From Bradymonadia bacterium (GTDB lineage Bacteria; Myxococcota_A; Bradymonadia; UBA7976; UBA1532), in contig JBKAGE010000078.1 of assembly GCA_046290225.1 (NCBI GenBank), positions 477,049 through 541,048 of the forward strand: DNA of 64,000 nt, written 5' to 3'. The translations under genes and the position numbers were made by a program. The notes under the pieces were generated by a model. The model was given only the letters and a program-made list of their open reading frames with translations, was not told the origin of the DNA and did not search any database. Shown piece after piece: positions 23,579 to 34,141 of this stretch (position 1 is the stretch's first letter; each line of letters starts with the position of its first letter).

Positions 23579-24298
23579 TTACAGAGGCACGTCCAACGCC
23601 TCGTAGTATCTGAACACCCCATCCTCGTTGAACGGTAGACGTCGCTCGCTCTGCAAGTACGCCTGTACCCTCGGCCGTGACTCTATCCGAGCCTTGAGCA
23701 CCTCCAGGTGGGGATACTCACCCTCGAGCTGAGACATGGCTTTGGGGAACGCATAGCCCAGCCCGCACAGCAGATGGAACACCGAGAGATCCACGTAGGT
23801 GTGTGCTCCACCGACGGTAAAGCCCCCTGCCACGGTGCATGCCTCGAGGTGGGCGAGGTACTTCCTCAGGCGATGTTGGACGAAGCCATTTGCGGCGATG
23901 ATGGCCACATCTTTCTGATCTTCGTAGTAAAGCGAGGTGCTCACGGGGTGATGAGTGTTGTGCGCTTCGGCGGTGACGTCCATCACCGTGAGCTGTAGTT
24001 GGTTGGCCCGCAGACGTGCGGCCTCGTTCTCAGGCACGAGGCCCAACCGCGGCGCCAGATACATGAGGATGTTGCTCGTCTGAGAGATGAGCAGCTCACC
24101 CACCCTCAGGATCGGCGGCGCGTACACCCCCTGAACATCGTCACGCTGCATAAACTCGATCACCGCCTGAGGCCCCTGACCTCGGGCGAGATCGACATAG
24201 GCGGCACCAGCATCCTCGAGGGCGAGGCGGACGAACTCTCCCCGCCCCTGAAGGACAGGCCAATACATCAATTCGTAGGGGGCGTCAGCTGCGGTCAT
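23579..24298 (-). CDS. Glutathione S-transferase
   Basis: 'ELMYWPVLQGRGEFVRLALE', 'APPIL', 'ISQTSNIL' and 'TYVDLS' motifs. Confidence 0.92.
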   Translation of the reverse strand: MTAADAPYELMYWPVLQGRGEFVRLALEDAGAAYVDLARGQGPQAVIEFMQRDDVQGVYAPPILRVGELLISQTSNILMYLAPRLGLVPENEAARLRANQLQLTVMDVTAEAHNTHHPVSTSLYYEDQKDVAIIAANGFVQHRLRKYLAHLEACTVAGGFTVGGAHTYVDLSVFHLLCGLGYAFPKAMSQLEGEYPHLEVLKARIESRPRVQAYLQSERRLPFNEDGVFRYYEALDVPL

Positions 24299-24374
24299 GG
24301 ATGGCCTCATAGTGATGAGACCTCAACTGACCGCGCTCAGCGCGGATTGGCAAGAGGAGAGATGCTGAAGAGGC

Positions 24375-26783
24375 TCAGCTGCGGCGGCGACGGAAGAGGA
24401 TCATGCCGGGCACGAGGAGCCACAGCAGAGCGGGGCCGGAGAGACCACGGCCGAAGGCGAAGCTGGAGCAGCCGCCATCGTCGTTGTCGCTGTTCTCGTT
24501 GTTCCCGTTGTCACCACCAACACCGTCACCACCAGCGCCGCCGGTCATGCCCATGTCGAGGTTCACCGGGGCCTCCATGTCGGGCTCATCAGCGCCCATG
24601 TCGGCCTCGCCACCACCCACGCCACCCTCACCACCGGCGCCGCCGGCCATGCCCATGTCGGGCATGTCGGGCTCGGGGGGCAGCACGGGCCAGTCGGCGA
24701 CACACTGAGCGGTGCCCAGCACGGCTTCGCAGCGCTGGTACTGAGGACAGGCGACGCCGTTGCAGGGATCGCCCACGCACTCACCGAGCATGCACATCTC
24801 GGCGGCGCCACACTCGACGCCGTCACAGGGATCGGCGACGCAGGAGTTGTCGACGCAGATCTGACCCTCTTCGATGCAGCCCACGGGGCCACAGCCGGTG
24901 TCTTCGCAGAGGCCGTCGATGCAGGTGGTGGCCTGAGGACAGCTCACGGCGGCGCAGCTGAAGACGCACTGGCCTTCGCGGCAGAAGCTGCCCAGACCAC
25001 AGTCGATGCCGGCGCAGGGATCAGCCTCGCAGCCGTTGGGCATGCAGCGCTCGCCCTCGGGGCAGCCGGTGAAGCCACAGTCTGCGGGGCCACACTCGCC
25101 GCCGACGCAGGTCTCGCCCTCACCACAGCTCACGCCGTCGCAGGGATCGACACAGCCTTGCTCGGTGCACTCCAGGCCCGCCTCACAGGCGTTGACCAGG
25201 CACCAGGGCACACACACGCCGTCGGCGCAGAAGGTGTCGGTGTTCTCGGGGCAGCTGTTGCCCTCGCCACAGGGCGGCAGGCAGGTGCCCTCGTAGCAGC
25301 CCAGGCCACCCTCGCAGAGGTCACCCTCGTCGACGGTGCCGTCGCAGTCCTCGTCGACGCCGTTGCAGGTCTCCTGAGGACGACCGCCACAGGTGCCACA
25401 GGCGTTGAGCACGTTCTCGTCGATGAGGCCGTCGCAGTCGTTGTCCTCGAGGTCGCAGACCTCTTCCGCAGGCACGGTGACGGGCACGCAGCGGGTCTGG
25501 CCGAACTGGCAGGCCCAGCTGCCGAGGCCACAGAGGCCGGAGAGGCCCGTGGCGCAGTCGCCGGGCACCACCACAGGGCTGCCGTCGGCGTTGGCGTCGA
25601 CGAAGCCATCGCAGTCGTTGTCGATGCCGTCACAGACCTCGGGACCACCGTCGGGCTCGCAGACCACGGTGTCACAGGCGTCACCGTCGCCGTCGCCGTC
25701 GGTGTCGAGTTGGTCGACGTTGAGCACCTTGGGGCAGTTGTCGCAGAGATCACCGATGCCGTCGCCGTCGAAGTCGGCCTGATCGGGGTTGGGCACGCCC
25801 GGGCAGTTGTCCTGAGGCAGGCAGATCTCGTCGAAGTCCTCGTCGGAGCAGGGCAGGCCGCGGCCCCACTGGGTGGCGAAGCAGACCTCTTCACTGGTCT
25901 GACCCGGCGCCAGGGGCCCTACGTCGTAGCGCAGAGCGATGGTGACGTCGTAGCCGCTGTCGGTCTGGAGGTTCTCGTCGAGGTCGGAGTTGTCACCGCG
26001 GCGGTTGATGTTGTTCCGCAGCTGGCTGCAGGCCCCGTTCTCCATGCTCTGGATGAGGGTGCGCTGCTCGGAGTACTGACCGACCTCCCAGGAGGTCAGG
26101 TAGGGATCATTGCGGGCGAGGCCGTACATGCCCAGGAAGGTGGCCGGCTCTTCGGGGTTGTCACCGGAGTCAAACTGCCAGACCGTCTTGGGCACCCCAA
26201 CGCTGGTGGCGCCGAAGTCGTCGCTCAGCGAGGGGTTCACGCCGAAGTACATGTCGCCGTCGGTGTAGGGGGTCAGCGAGACCACCTGCATGGGCTGACC
26301 GGAGATGTTGGTCAGCGTGTAGCAGCGCTCGAGGATGGTGCAGTCGAGGCGGTGACGGGCCACCACCTCGAGGCCCAGCGTGTTGAACTGCGCCCGGACC
26401 TCGTTGCCGTCGACCACGGCCTGGAGCTGTGCCCCACCCTGGCGACCGCTCTCGAGCCACTGGCCCTGAGTGCCCCCTGCCCCTTCGCGGCACAGGAACA
26501 CCATGGACTCGAAGATGGTGGAGGTGTCGCCCGTGTCGGGCTCGTCGTCCACAGGGTTGTAGAATGCCCGGCTGTTCGGCGCCGAGACCGCGCTGCCCAT
26601 GGCACCAAAGGCGTCGATGCCCAAACGGACCTGCCCGAGCTGAGGATCACAGAAGGGATCTGTGGCCAGCTGAGCAGAGTCGCCGTTGGCCAGTGGCTGG
26701 GCAGAAGCCCCGCTCCACCCGAAAGCGACCCCTGCCAGCGTCAGACAGGTGAGGTTGAGAATGCGATTACCGAGAAGGTTCAT
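24375..26783 (-). CDS. Cys-rich secreted surface protein with TSP3 and 'CDGxDNDCDG' repeats and a MYXO-CTERM-like tail
   Basis: Signal peptide, DNCP/DGDGIGD repeats, three ExCD/NGxDxDCDG repeats, DPCxGVxC repeats, C-terminal 'GGC...hydrophobic...RRRRS'. Confidence 0.88.
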   Translation of the reverse strand: MNLLGNRILNLTCLTLAGVAFGWSGASAQPLANGDSAQLATDPFCDPQLGQVRLGIDAFGAMGSAVSAPNSRAFYNPVDDEPDTGDTSTIFESMVFLCREGAGGTQGQWLESGRQGGAQLQAVVDGNEVRAQFNTLGLEVVARHRLDCTILERCYTLTNISGQPMQVVSLTPYTDGDMYFGVNPSLSDDFGATSVGVPKTVWQFDSGDNPEEPATFLGMYGLARNDPYLTSWEVGQYSEQRTLIQSMENGACSQLRNNINRRGDNSDLDENLQTDSGYDVTIALRYDVGPLAPGQTSEEVCFATQWGRGLPCSDEDFDEICLPQDNCPGVPNPDQADFDGDGIGDLCDNCPKVLNVDQLDTDGDGDGDACDTVVCEPDGGPEVCDGIDNDCDGFVDANADGSPVVVPGDCATGLSGLCGLGSWACQFGQTRCVPVTVPAEEVCDLEDNDCDGLIDENVLNACGTCGGRPQETCNGVDEDCDGTVDEGDLCEGGLGCYEGTCLPPCGEGNSCPENTDTFCADGVCVPWCLVNACEAGLECTEQGCVDPCDGVSCGEGETCVGGECGPADCGFTGCPEGERCMPNGCEADPCAGIDCGLGSFCREGQCVFSCAAVSCPQATTCIDGLCEDTGCGPVGCIEEGQICVDNSCVADPCDGVECGAAEMCMLGECVGDPCNGVACPQYQRCEAVLGTAQCVADWPVLPPEPDMPDMGMAGGAGGEGGVGGGEADMGADEPDMEAPVNLDMGMTGGAGGDGVGGDNGNNENSDNDDGGCSSFAFGRGLSGPALLWLLVPGMILFRRRRS

Positions 26784-26999
26784 CTGGTCTCCAGCCGGTA
26801 TACCCAAGTTCATACCGAGGTGGGTGCTGGGCCCACCTCACAATCGGCGTACGTTACCAGGGGAGGCCAGATGTAGGAAAGGTGTCACCTCATCTTCATC
26901 AAAAAACTGATTGTGTGACTGGAGAAATCTGAGGGAGGCGCACTCGAAGCGGTCACCGCCTGAGTGCGCAGAGTGCGGTCCGTGAGCCCAGGCAGTGGC

Positions 27000-29060
27000 T
27001 CAGTAGGCCGCGAGGCGGGTCATGGCGGCGAGGACGTCGTCTTCCTGAGGCAGGATGGCCCGCTCGAGGATGCGGGAGAACGCCACGGGCACATCTTTGG
27101 CCCCGAGACGCATCACCGGGGCGTCAAGCCACTCGAAGGCCAACTCCCCGGCCTCGGCGGCGATCTCGGCGCCGAAGCCCTGGGTGCGGTGATCCTCATG
27201 CACGATGAGCAGCTTGCCGGTCTTCTTCACCGACTCCACCACGGCCTCTTTGTCCCAGGGGCGGATCGAGCGCAGGTCGATGACCTCGGCCTCGACGCCT
27301 TCCTTGGCGAGCTTGTTCGCCGCCCGGATGCTCCAGTGCACCGGGGTGCCCCAGGCCACCACCGTGATGTCGGAGCCAGGGCGCCGGATACGCGCCTTGC
27401 CGAAAGGCACCGCGTGATCAGTGTCACAGCGCGGTGTGGCGGCGAAGAGCTGGTTGTAGAGGAACTTGGGCTCCAGGAAGAAGCTCATGCCCCGGCTGCG
27501 GATGCAGGTGCGCAGCAAGCCCGCGGCGTCGTCGGCGAAGGCAGGCACCACCACCCGGATGCCGGGCAGGTGGGCGAAGAGGGCCTCGACGTTCTGGGAG
27601 TGATACAGCCCGCCGCCGATGTAGCCACCGCTCGACAAACGCAAGGTGACGTTGGGGCTGAACTGGCCCACGGAGCGCCAGTAGTCGTGGCTCATCTCCA
27701 CGAGCTGCTCCATGGCCGGCCACACATAGTCGGCGAACTGCGCAGCCTCCACCACCACCCGGATGTCGTCCCGGTAGCGGCACAGGCCGTTGGCGGTGCC
27801 CACGATGTAGTCCTCGGCGATGGGGCCGTTGAACACGCGCTCGGCGCCGAAGGCCGCCTCCATCCCCTTGGTGACGTTGAACACCCCACCCTTGTCCTTG
27901 CTGGCCACGTCCTGGCCCCACAAGAAGGTGTTGGGGTTGTGGGTGAACTCCGCGTGCAGGGTCTCGTTGATGGCCTCCCGCAGCTTCCACTTGTCGCCGC
28001 TGTCGGGGGTGGCGGTCTCCCGGGGCTGCCAGGGATCAGGCCAGAGGTAGTCGAGGACCGTCTCCGGATCAGGGGTGGCCGCGGCCTCACCTCGGTCGCC
28101 GGCATCGTCGACGGTCTTCTTGTTCTGCGCCTCGATGGCCACGAGCTCGTCTTCGGTGGCGAAGCCCGCCTCGAGGATCGCCGCCCGCAGGCCCGGCAAC
28201 GGATCGTGGGTGGCGGCTTCGGCGATCTCCTCGTCGGAGCGGTAGAGGTCGTGACGATCGGAGTTGCTGTGGGCGCCGATGCGCACGCACTGGGCGTGCA
28301 CCAGGGCGGGGCCCTCACCGGTGCGCACGTAGGCGATGGCCTCCTGCATGGCCCGGTGACTGTCGATGAAGTCAGTGCCGTCGCAGTTGAAGATGCCCAG
28401 GTTCGCCAGGCCAGTGTAGTTGTCGCTCACCCGAGTGTTGGCGGACTGCTGCGCAGTGGGCACCGAGATGCCGTAGCCGTTGTTCTGCACCACGAAGACC
28501 ACCGGGAGCTTCTCGCGGCTCGCGCCGTTGAGCGCCTCGTAGACGTAGCCCTCGCTGGTGCTCGACTCGCCCTGGCTCGAGAAGGCGATCTCGTCGCCCC
28601 CATAGAACTTGATGGCCCGGGCCACACCGACAGCGTGCAGCGTGTGGTTACCCGTGCACGACGACACGTTCTGGATACGGATCGACGGCTTGGCGATGTG
28701 GTTGGACATGTGCCGCCCACCGCTCGCCGGATCATCCGCCCGGGAGAGCCCGTTGAGCACAATCTCGTAGGGGGTGACCCCAGCGGCGAGGCAGGTGAGC
28801 ATGTCCCGGTAGTACGGGAACAGGAAGTCCTGGCTCTGCCTGAAGGCCATCCCCAGAGCGAGCTGGATGCCGTCATGGCCCGCGAAGGGGGCGTGGTAGC
28901 TCCAGCCCATGGCCTTGCGGATGTAGCCGCTGGCCTTGTCTTCCATCAAGCGGCCGAGGTGGGTGGTGCGGTACCACGAGACCGCCGTCTCTCCTGGCAG
29001 ATCGGCGATGGTCTGCGGCAGTTCGAGCGCCTCGTCGTTCTTGGCCACGGGGTTTTGCAC
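27000..29060 (-). CDS. 2-oxoacid (probably branched-chain) dehydrogenase E1, fused alpha+beta subunits
   Basis: PYYRD, TPP motif GESSTSEG...NN, HSNSD; beta half has GQDV, GGVF, PIAE, HSQ, VIDLRS. Confidence 0.92.
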   Translation of the reverse strand: MQNPVAKNDEALELPQTIADLPGETAVSWYRTTHLGRLMEDKASGYIRKAMGWSYHAPFAGHDGIQLALGMAFRQSQDFLFPYYRDMLTCLAAGVTPYEIVLNGLSRADDPASGGRHMSNHIAKPSIRIQNVSSCTGNHTLHAVGVARAIKFYGGDEIAFSSQGESSTSEGYVYEALNGASREKLPVVFVVQNNGYGISVPTAQQSANTRVSDNYTGLANLGIFNCDGTDFIDSHRAMQEAIAYVRTGEGPALVHAQCVRIGAHSNSDRHDLYRSDEEIAEAATHDPLPGLRAAILEAGFATEDELVAIEAQNKKTVDDAGDRGEAAATPDPETVLDYLWPDPWQPRETATPDSGDKWKLREAINETLHAEFTHNPNTFLWGQDVASKDKGGVFNVTKGMEAAFGAERVFNGPIAEDYIVGTANGLCRYRDDIRVVVEAAQFADYVWPAMEQLVEMSHDYWRSVGQFSPNVTLRLSSGGYIGGGLYHSQNVEALFAHLPGIRVVVPAFADDAAGLLRTCIRSRGMSFFLEPKFLYNQLFAATPRCDTDHAVPFGKARIRRPGSDITVVAWGTPVHWSIRAANKLAKEGVEAEVIDLRSIRPWDKEAVVESVKKTGKLLIVHEDHRTQGFGAEIAAEAGELAFEWLDAPVMRLGAKDVPVAFSRILERAILPQEDDVLAAMTRLAAY

Positions 29061-29213
29061 GGGTCATTCTCCTTGTACGGCCTTCACCGGATTTACATCA
29101 GAACCAGATGCAGGCAGTCAGGTCTGTGTCGCGTGTCAATCTAGCTGCCCCCTTGCGGCCGTCAAGGCTCTGGGGCATCTGATGGCTCAAAGACACCACA
29201 TGAGGCCTTCGTC

Positions 29214-29546
29214 ATGAGCTCAGATCCCGCCCGAGACCGCCGTATCACCGCTTTGCAGCAGATGCTCGCAGAGCAGCCCGAGGACGAGTTCGCCCTCTAC
29301 GCGCTGGCGTTGGAATACAAGAACGGCGGCGAAGACCATTGGGATGAGGCAGAAGCGCTCTTCGAGAAGCTGCTGAAGGTGCAGCCCGACCAGCTCTATG
29401 GCTGGTATCAGCTCGGCGACCTGCGGATCGGAGACGGACGCCCCGACGAAGCCCGCGAGGCGCTGGAGGCAGGACTCGAGCGCGCCGAAGCCCTCGGCGA
29501 CGCAAAGGCTGCCGGAGAGCTACAGGCCCTGCTCGATCAGGTGTGA
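29214..29546 (+). CDS. Small TPR protein
   Basis: 'PEDEFALYALALEY' and 'YGWYQLG' TPR pairs. Confidence 0.8.
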   Translation: MSSDPARDRRITALQQMLAEQPEDEFALYALALEYKNGGEDHWDEAEALFEKLLKVQPDQLYGWYQLGDLRIGDGRPDEAREALEAGLERAEALGDAKAAGELQALLDQV

Positions 29547-29550
29547 GGGC

Positions 29551-30548
29551 TCAGCGGAGGGCGCCGGTGATGGCTGCGATCATCTCTGAGGTGGTGGCGG
29601 TGCCGCCGAGATCCTCGGTGAGATATTTCTTCTCCACCATCACGGTCTCCACCGCAGCTTGGAGGCGATCAGCGACGTCGCCCTGACCGATGTGCCGCAC
29701 CAGGTGGATACCCGGCATGATCATGGACATGGGGTTGACCTTGTTGGTGCCCGCCAGCTGCTTGAGGCGGCCGTGGAGCATCTCGAACATGGTGCAGTCT
29801 TCGCCCATGTCCACCCCCCACACAGCGCTGATGCCGCCCACGAGGCCAGCACACAGGTCGCTGATGATGTCACCGTAGAGGTTGCCGCAGATCAGCACGT
29901 CGAACTGGTAGGGGTTCTGCACGAGCTGCATGCAGGTGTTGTCCACGATGAGACCCCGGGTCTCCACATTGGGGTAGTCCTGCCCCACCTCGAGGCCGGT
30001 GTTCAGGAAGAGGCCATCGGCCTTCTTCATGATGTTGGCCTTGTGGATGATGGCCACCTTCTGCCGGCCCGTCTGACGGGCATAGCGGAAGCCGAAGCGC
30101 ATAATGCGCTCGGTGGCAGTGCGGGTCACCACCTTAAGCGACTCCACCACCCCGGGATGCACGGAGTGCTCGTGACCACCGTACACATCCTCGGTGTTCT
30201 CCCGGATTACCACCAGATCGAGATCGGGGTAGCGGGTGTCGAGGCCCTTGAGGGTGCGGCAGCGACGCACGCCCGCGTATAGATCGAGCTCGGTGCGCAG
30301 CTTGTACGAGGGGCTGCGGTAGCCCGCGGACATCGGCGTGCGCAGGGGGGCCTTCAACGCCACCCCGTTCGCCCGGATCGAGTCGATCCAGGCTTGGGTC
30401 ACCGGGCCCTCTTCGGGATCGATCTTCGAGGGAACCTCGAGCCACTCCCATTCCACCTGTGCCCCTGCCTGAGCGAGGAGCTCGGTCACCGGGCCAGCGA
30501 GATCACGGCCCAGGAAATCGCCTGGGATCAACGAGACTTTCTTGGCGC

Positions 30549-30552
<4 letters not shown>
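29551..30552 (-). CDS. Isocitrate/isopropylmalate dehydrogenase family protein, divergent paralog
   Basis: GTGA overlap start. LIPGD, RENTEDVY, HKANIMK and NLYGDIISD present; nucleotide-binding loop altered (HGRLKQLAG). Confidence 0.9.
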
Positions 30553-31577
<1,025 letters not shown>

Positions 31578-31767
31578 TGCGCTCTCCTTGGTTGAGCGGC
31601 AGCCCGTAGAGCTGCAGCTGAGCCACCGGGCGCTCTCGATGATCTCAGTCAACGGTGCGCGGGGCGACCCATAGGGGTGACGGCGGGGAGACTAACATTT
31701 CGCAGGATGGTTTCAAGAGCCGGCATATGAACAGCGGGCCCGGCCCCGGGCAGGACCGAGAGGAAGC

Positions 31768-32484
31768 TCAGATGCCCAACATCTGAATGGCGAGGCCACT
31801 CGACGCGATGGCGAGGCCCGCGAGGGTGTTGGCGTGGCGCTCCATGGACTTGAGAGGGGCGAAGGACAACCCCACGGCCCCCACGGCCACCGCAGCCACC
31901 ATGGTGAGGATGGTCACCACGCTGAAGACCGCCGCCACCGAGATCACACCGGACCAGTCGTGGGCATAGGCCGGCGCCATGAACATCGGGATCAACGCCT
32001 CACAGGGGCCGAGCACGAACAAGATGAACAGCGCCCACCGGGTCATGCCCTTGCGATCCCCTGCCCCATGGGCGTGGGCGTGGTTGCCCTGGTGGTTGTG
32101 ATCGTGATGATGCAGCGTGCCGTCCTCGTGGGCGTGCACGTGACTGTGATGCTTGCCCTTCGCCGCCCGCCACGCCGAGATGGCGGCATAGATCAGCCCG
32201 AAGGCGATGAGGCCCCAGGCGGCGATGGACCCTCGAAAGCCCTCGATGATCTCCAACCGCTCCACGGCGACGCCGAGGCCCACCCCGATGAGGCCGAGGG
32301 CCACAGAGCCCACCACGTGGCCCACGCCACACAATGCGGTAAAGCCGAGGGTCTTGCGCAGGCTCCAGTTTCGAGCCTTGCCGATCAAGATGAAGGGCAG
32401 ATAGTGGTCCACGCCGATGAGGGTGTGCATGAAGGCCACCGAGGCGGCGGCCCAGAGAAGCACTGTGAGTGTGGGATCGTTCAT
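31768..32484 (-). CDS. His-rich nickel transporter-like membrane protein (NicO/UreH-like)
   Basis: 'HTLIGVDHY', 'GVGHV', a His-rich loop, 'GPCE' and about six transmembrane helices. ATGA-coupled to sodX. Confidence 0.8.
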   Translation of the reverse strand: MNDPTLTVLLWAAASVAFMHTLIGVDHYLPFILIGKARNWSLRKTLGFTALCGVGHVVGSVALGLIGVGLGVAVERLEIIEGFRGSIAAWGLIAFGLIYAAISAWRAAKGKHHSHVHAHEDGTLHHHDHNHQGNHAHAHGAGDRKGMTRWALFILFVLGPCEALIPMFMAPAYAHDWSGVISVAAVFSVVTILTMVAAVAVGAVGLSFAPLKSMERHANTLAGLAIASSGLAIQMLGI

Positions 32485-32786
32485 GAAGGCCCATCCAGGG
32501 GGCCCAGGATCCGACCGAGGATCAGGGCCCGTGGGAGCGCCCCGAAGCCCCTGCTGTCAGAGCTCTCGAGGCGGTTGTCGCCGACGACGAACACATGGCC
32601 CTCGTCGGTGAGGTGGGAGACGCGCTTGACGATGCGCACCCCGCTTTTGAAGGGGTGCTTTGCCAGGACCACGTCGCCGGGGCAAGGGGGCGAGTCGCTG
32701 TAGACGCCTTCAGCGACGAGCAACACGTCGCCGTCGCTGAAGGTGGGGTACATGCTGTCACCGTCGATGCGGACGGCGAGGTGCCT
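32481..32786 (-). CDS. sodX: Nickel-SOD maturation protease (S26 family); start codon unresolved
   Basis: 'VRIDGDSMYPT', 'IVKRV', 'GDNRLESSDSRGFG'. The catalytic Ser codon precedes the first ATG (32753), and the frame continues directly from the sodN stop. Confidence 0.88.
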   Translation of the reverse strand, partial: RHLAVRIDGDSMYPTFSDGDVLLVAEGVYSDSPPCPGDVVLAKHPFKSGVRIVKRVSHLTDEGHVFVVGDNRLESSDSRGFGALPRALILGRILGPLDGPS

Positions 32787-33239
32787 TCAGGAGGCGGTGT
32801 ACCATGCCACGTCGCGGCCCTTGGACTTCCAGAAGATCTCGTGGATCTCCTTGATGGCGTCCATGAGCTCACCGGCGTGCTCCACGCTCACCTCGACCTT
32901 GCACGAAGAGCAGAGCTTCGCGGCCTTCCAGAAGACCTCGTGCAGGTTGGGGAAGTCGGCGAGATGCTTGGGCTTGAAGTAATCGGTCCAGAGCACGAGC
33001 AGCTCTTCCTTGGCGAGGTGAGCCTGCTCTTCCTTGATGGCCACGAACCGGGCGAAGGTGTTGTGGTAGGCCACCATGGCGGCCTTGTTGCCGGCATCGG
33101 GGACCTCTAGGGCCACAAGCTTCTTGGTCATCGAGACCACGGCCTCCGCGGCGATGCGGGCGCTGGCGGGATCGTACACGCCGCAGGGTCCATCACAATG
33201 TGCCTCGGCCACCATCACGTCGTCGATGTGAGTCTTCAC
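32787..33239 (-). CDS. sodN: Nickel superoxide dismutase
   Basis: Ni-hook HCDGPCGVYDP after a short propeptide, 'LWTDYFKP', GTG start with GAGG RBS. Confidence 0.97.
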   Translation of the reverse strand: MKTHIDDVMVAEAHCDGPCGVYDPASARIAAEAVVSMTKKLVALEVPDAGNKAAMVAYHNTFARFVAIKEEQAHLAKEELLVLWTDYFKPKHLADFPNLHEVFWKAAKLCSSCKVEVSVEHAGELMDAIKEIHEIFWKSKGRDVAWYTAS

Positions 33240-33439
33240 AAGGTCCTCTTTCCTCCCCAGGGGGAGCGCAACCAGGATTGATGAAAAAGCGTGCCCGAGT
33301 CGCCCCGAGCGCAACGCAGATTCGGCCATCCGATCCCTTGCGTCAAGGTGCAAGCGAGCCGAGTCTGCGTTGTGTGACCTGGATGCATTTCCGAGAAAAT
33401 GGTGGCAACAACCCACTCAGTTTATCGAATATTTTCCGT

Positions 33440-34021
33440 TCAGGGGCAGCCGCCGGGCGTCCACTGAAGCGTTTTGGCCAGAGCGGCCTCGAGCTCAGGG
33501 TCGTCGGGGGGGATCTCGTCGTAAGTGCGCCAGACGAGGCGGCCCTGCTGATCGAAGAGCATGCTCGCCGGCAACGAGGACACAGCCATCTTCGCCGCCT
33601 CGGTCCCCTTCGGATCACCCACGATCAGGAACGGCAGCTTCAAGCGCTGTTTCACCAACATCGCCTCTGAGGCCTGCGCGTCCAGGCTGATGGCCACCAC
33701 CTCGAAGCCCTCACGGTGATGCCTTCGGTACAGCTCAGCCAGCACAGGCAACTCTTTGACACAGGGCGCGCACCAGCTCGCCCAGAAGTTCACCAGGACC
33801 GCCTTGCCTCTCATCTTCGACAGAGACCAGTGGCCCTCGGGGCCCTTGATGGGCCCTGCGTCACCGAGCTTGGTACCCTTGAGATCCACGCCGACGGACC
33901 CGATGGCGCCCGGAAAGGCCGGCGCGGCCAGATCTGCAGGGTTCTGTGTGGTGGTCGCGGGGGGGTTCGCTGCGACAGCACCTGAGATACACAAGGTCAG
34001 GGGGATGAGCAGACGGTGCAT
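33440..34021 (-). CDS. TlpA/ResA-like thiol-disulfide oxidoreductase
   Basis: Signal peptide and 'LVNFWASWCAPCVKELP'. Confidence 0.92.
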   Translation of the reverse strand: MHRLLIPLTLCISGAVAANPPATTTQNPADLAAPAFPGAIGSVGVDLKGTKLGDAGPIKGPEGHWSLSKMRGKAVLVNFWASWCAPCVKELPVLAELYRRHHREGFEVVAISLDAQASEAMLVKQRLKLPFLIVGDPKGTEAAKMAVSSLPASMLFDQQGRLVWRTYDEIPPDDPELEAALAKTLQWTPGGCP

Positions 34022-34141
34022 GGGCTCTCCTGCGTGGGGCGTCGACCATCAGGATGCTGGACAATGGCCTCGGGGTCCATCCTCGACGGTGGTGGGGAGA
34101 GCCTTTATGATGCCCGCCTTTGTGCTCACCGGGGAGATTTC

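Noticed and set aside
19387..26813. Genomic island integrated at tRNA-Ala
   Set aside because: No integrase next to the tRNA, no duplicated tRNA 3' end found, and codon style matches the rest of the window.
32758..32789. Selenocysteine insertion at the sodN UGA
   Set aside because: The UGA falls at the normal SodN C-terminus rather than at a Cys-equivalent site, and the hairpin cannot be validated as a SECIS by eye. It is kept only as generic recoding in the findings.
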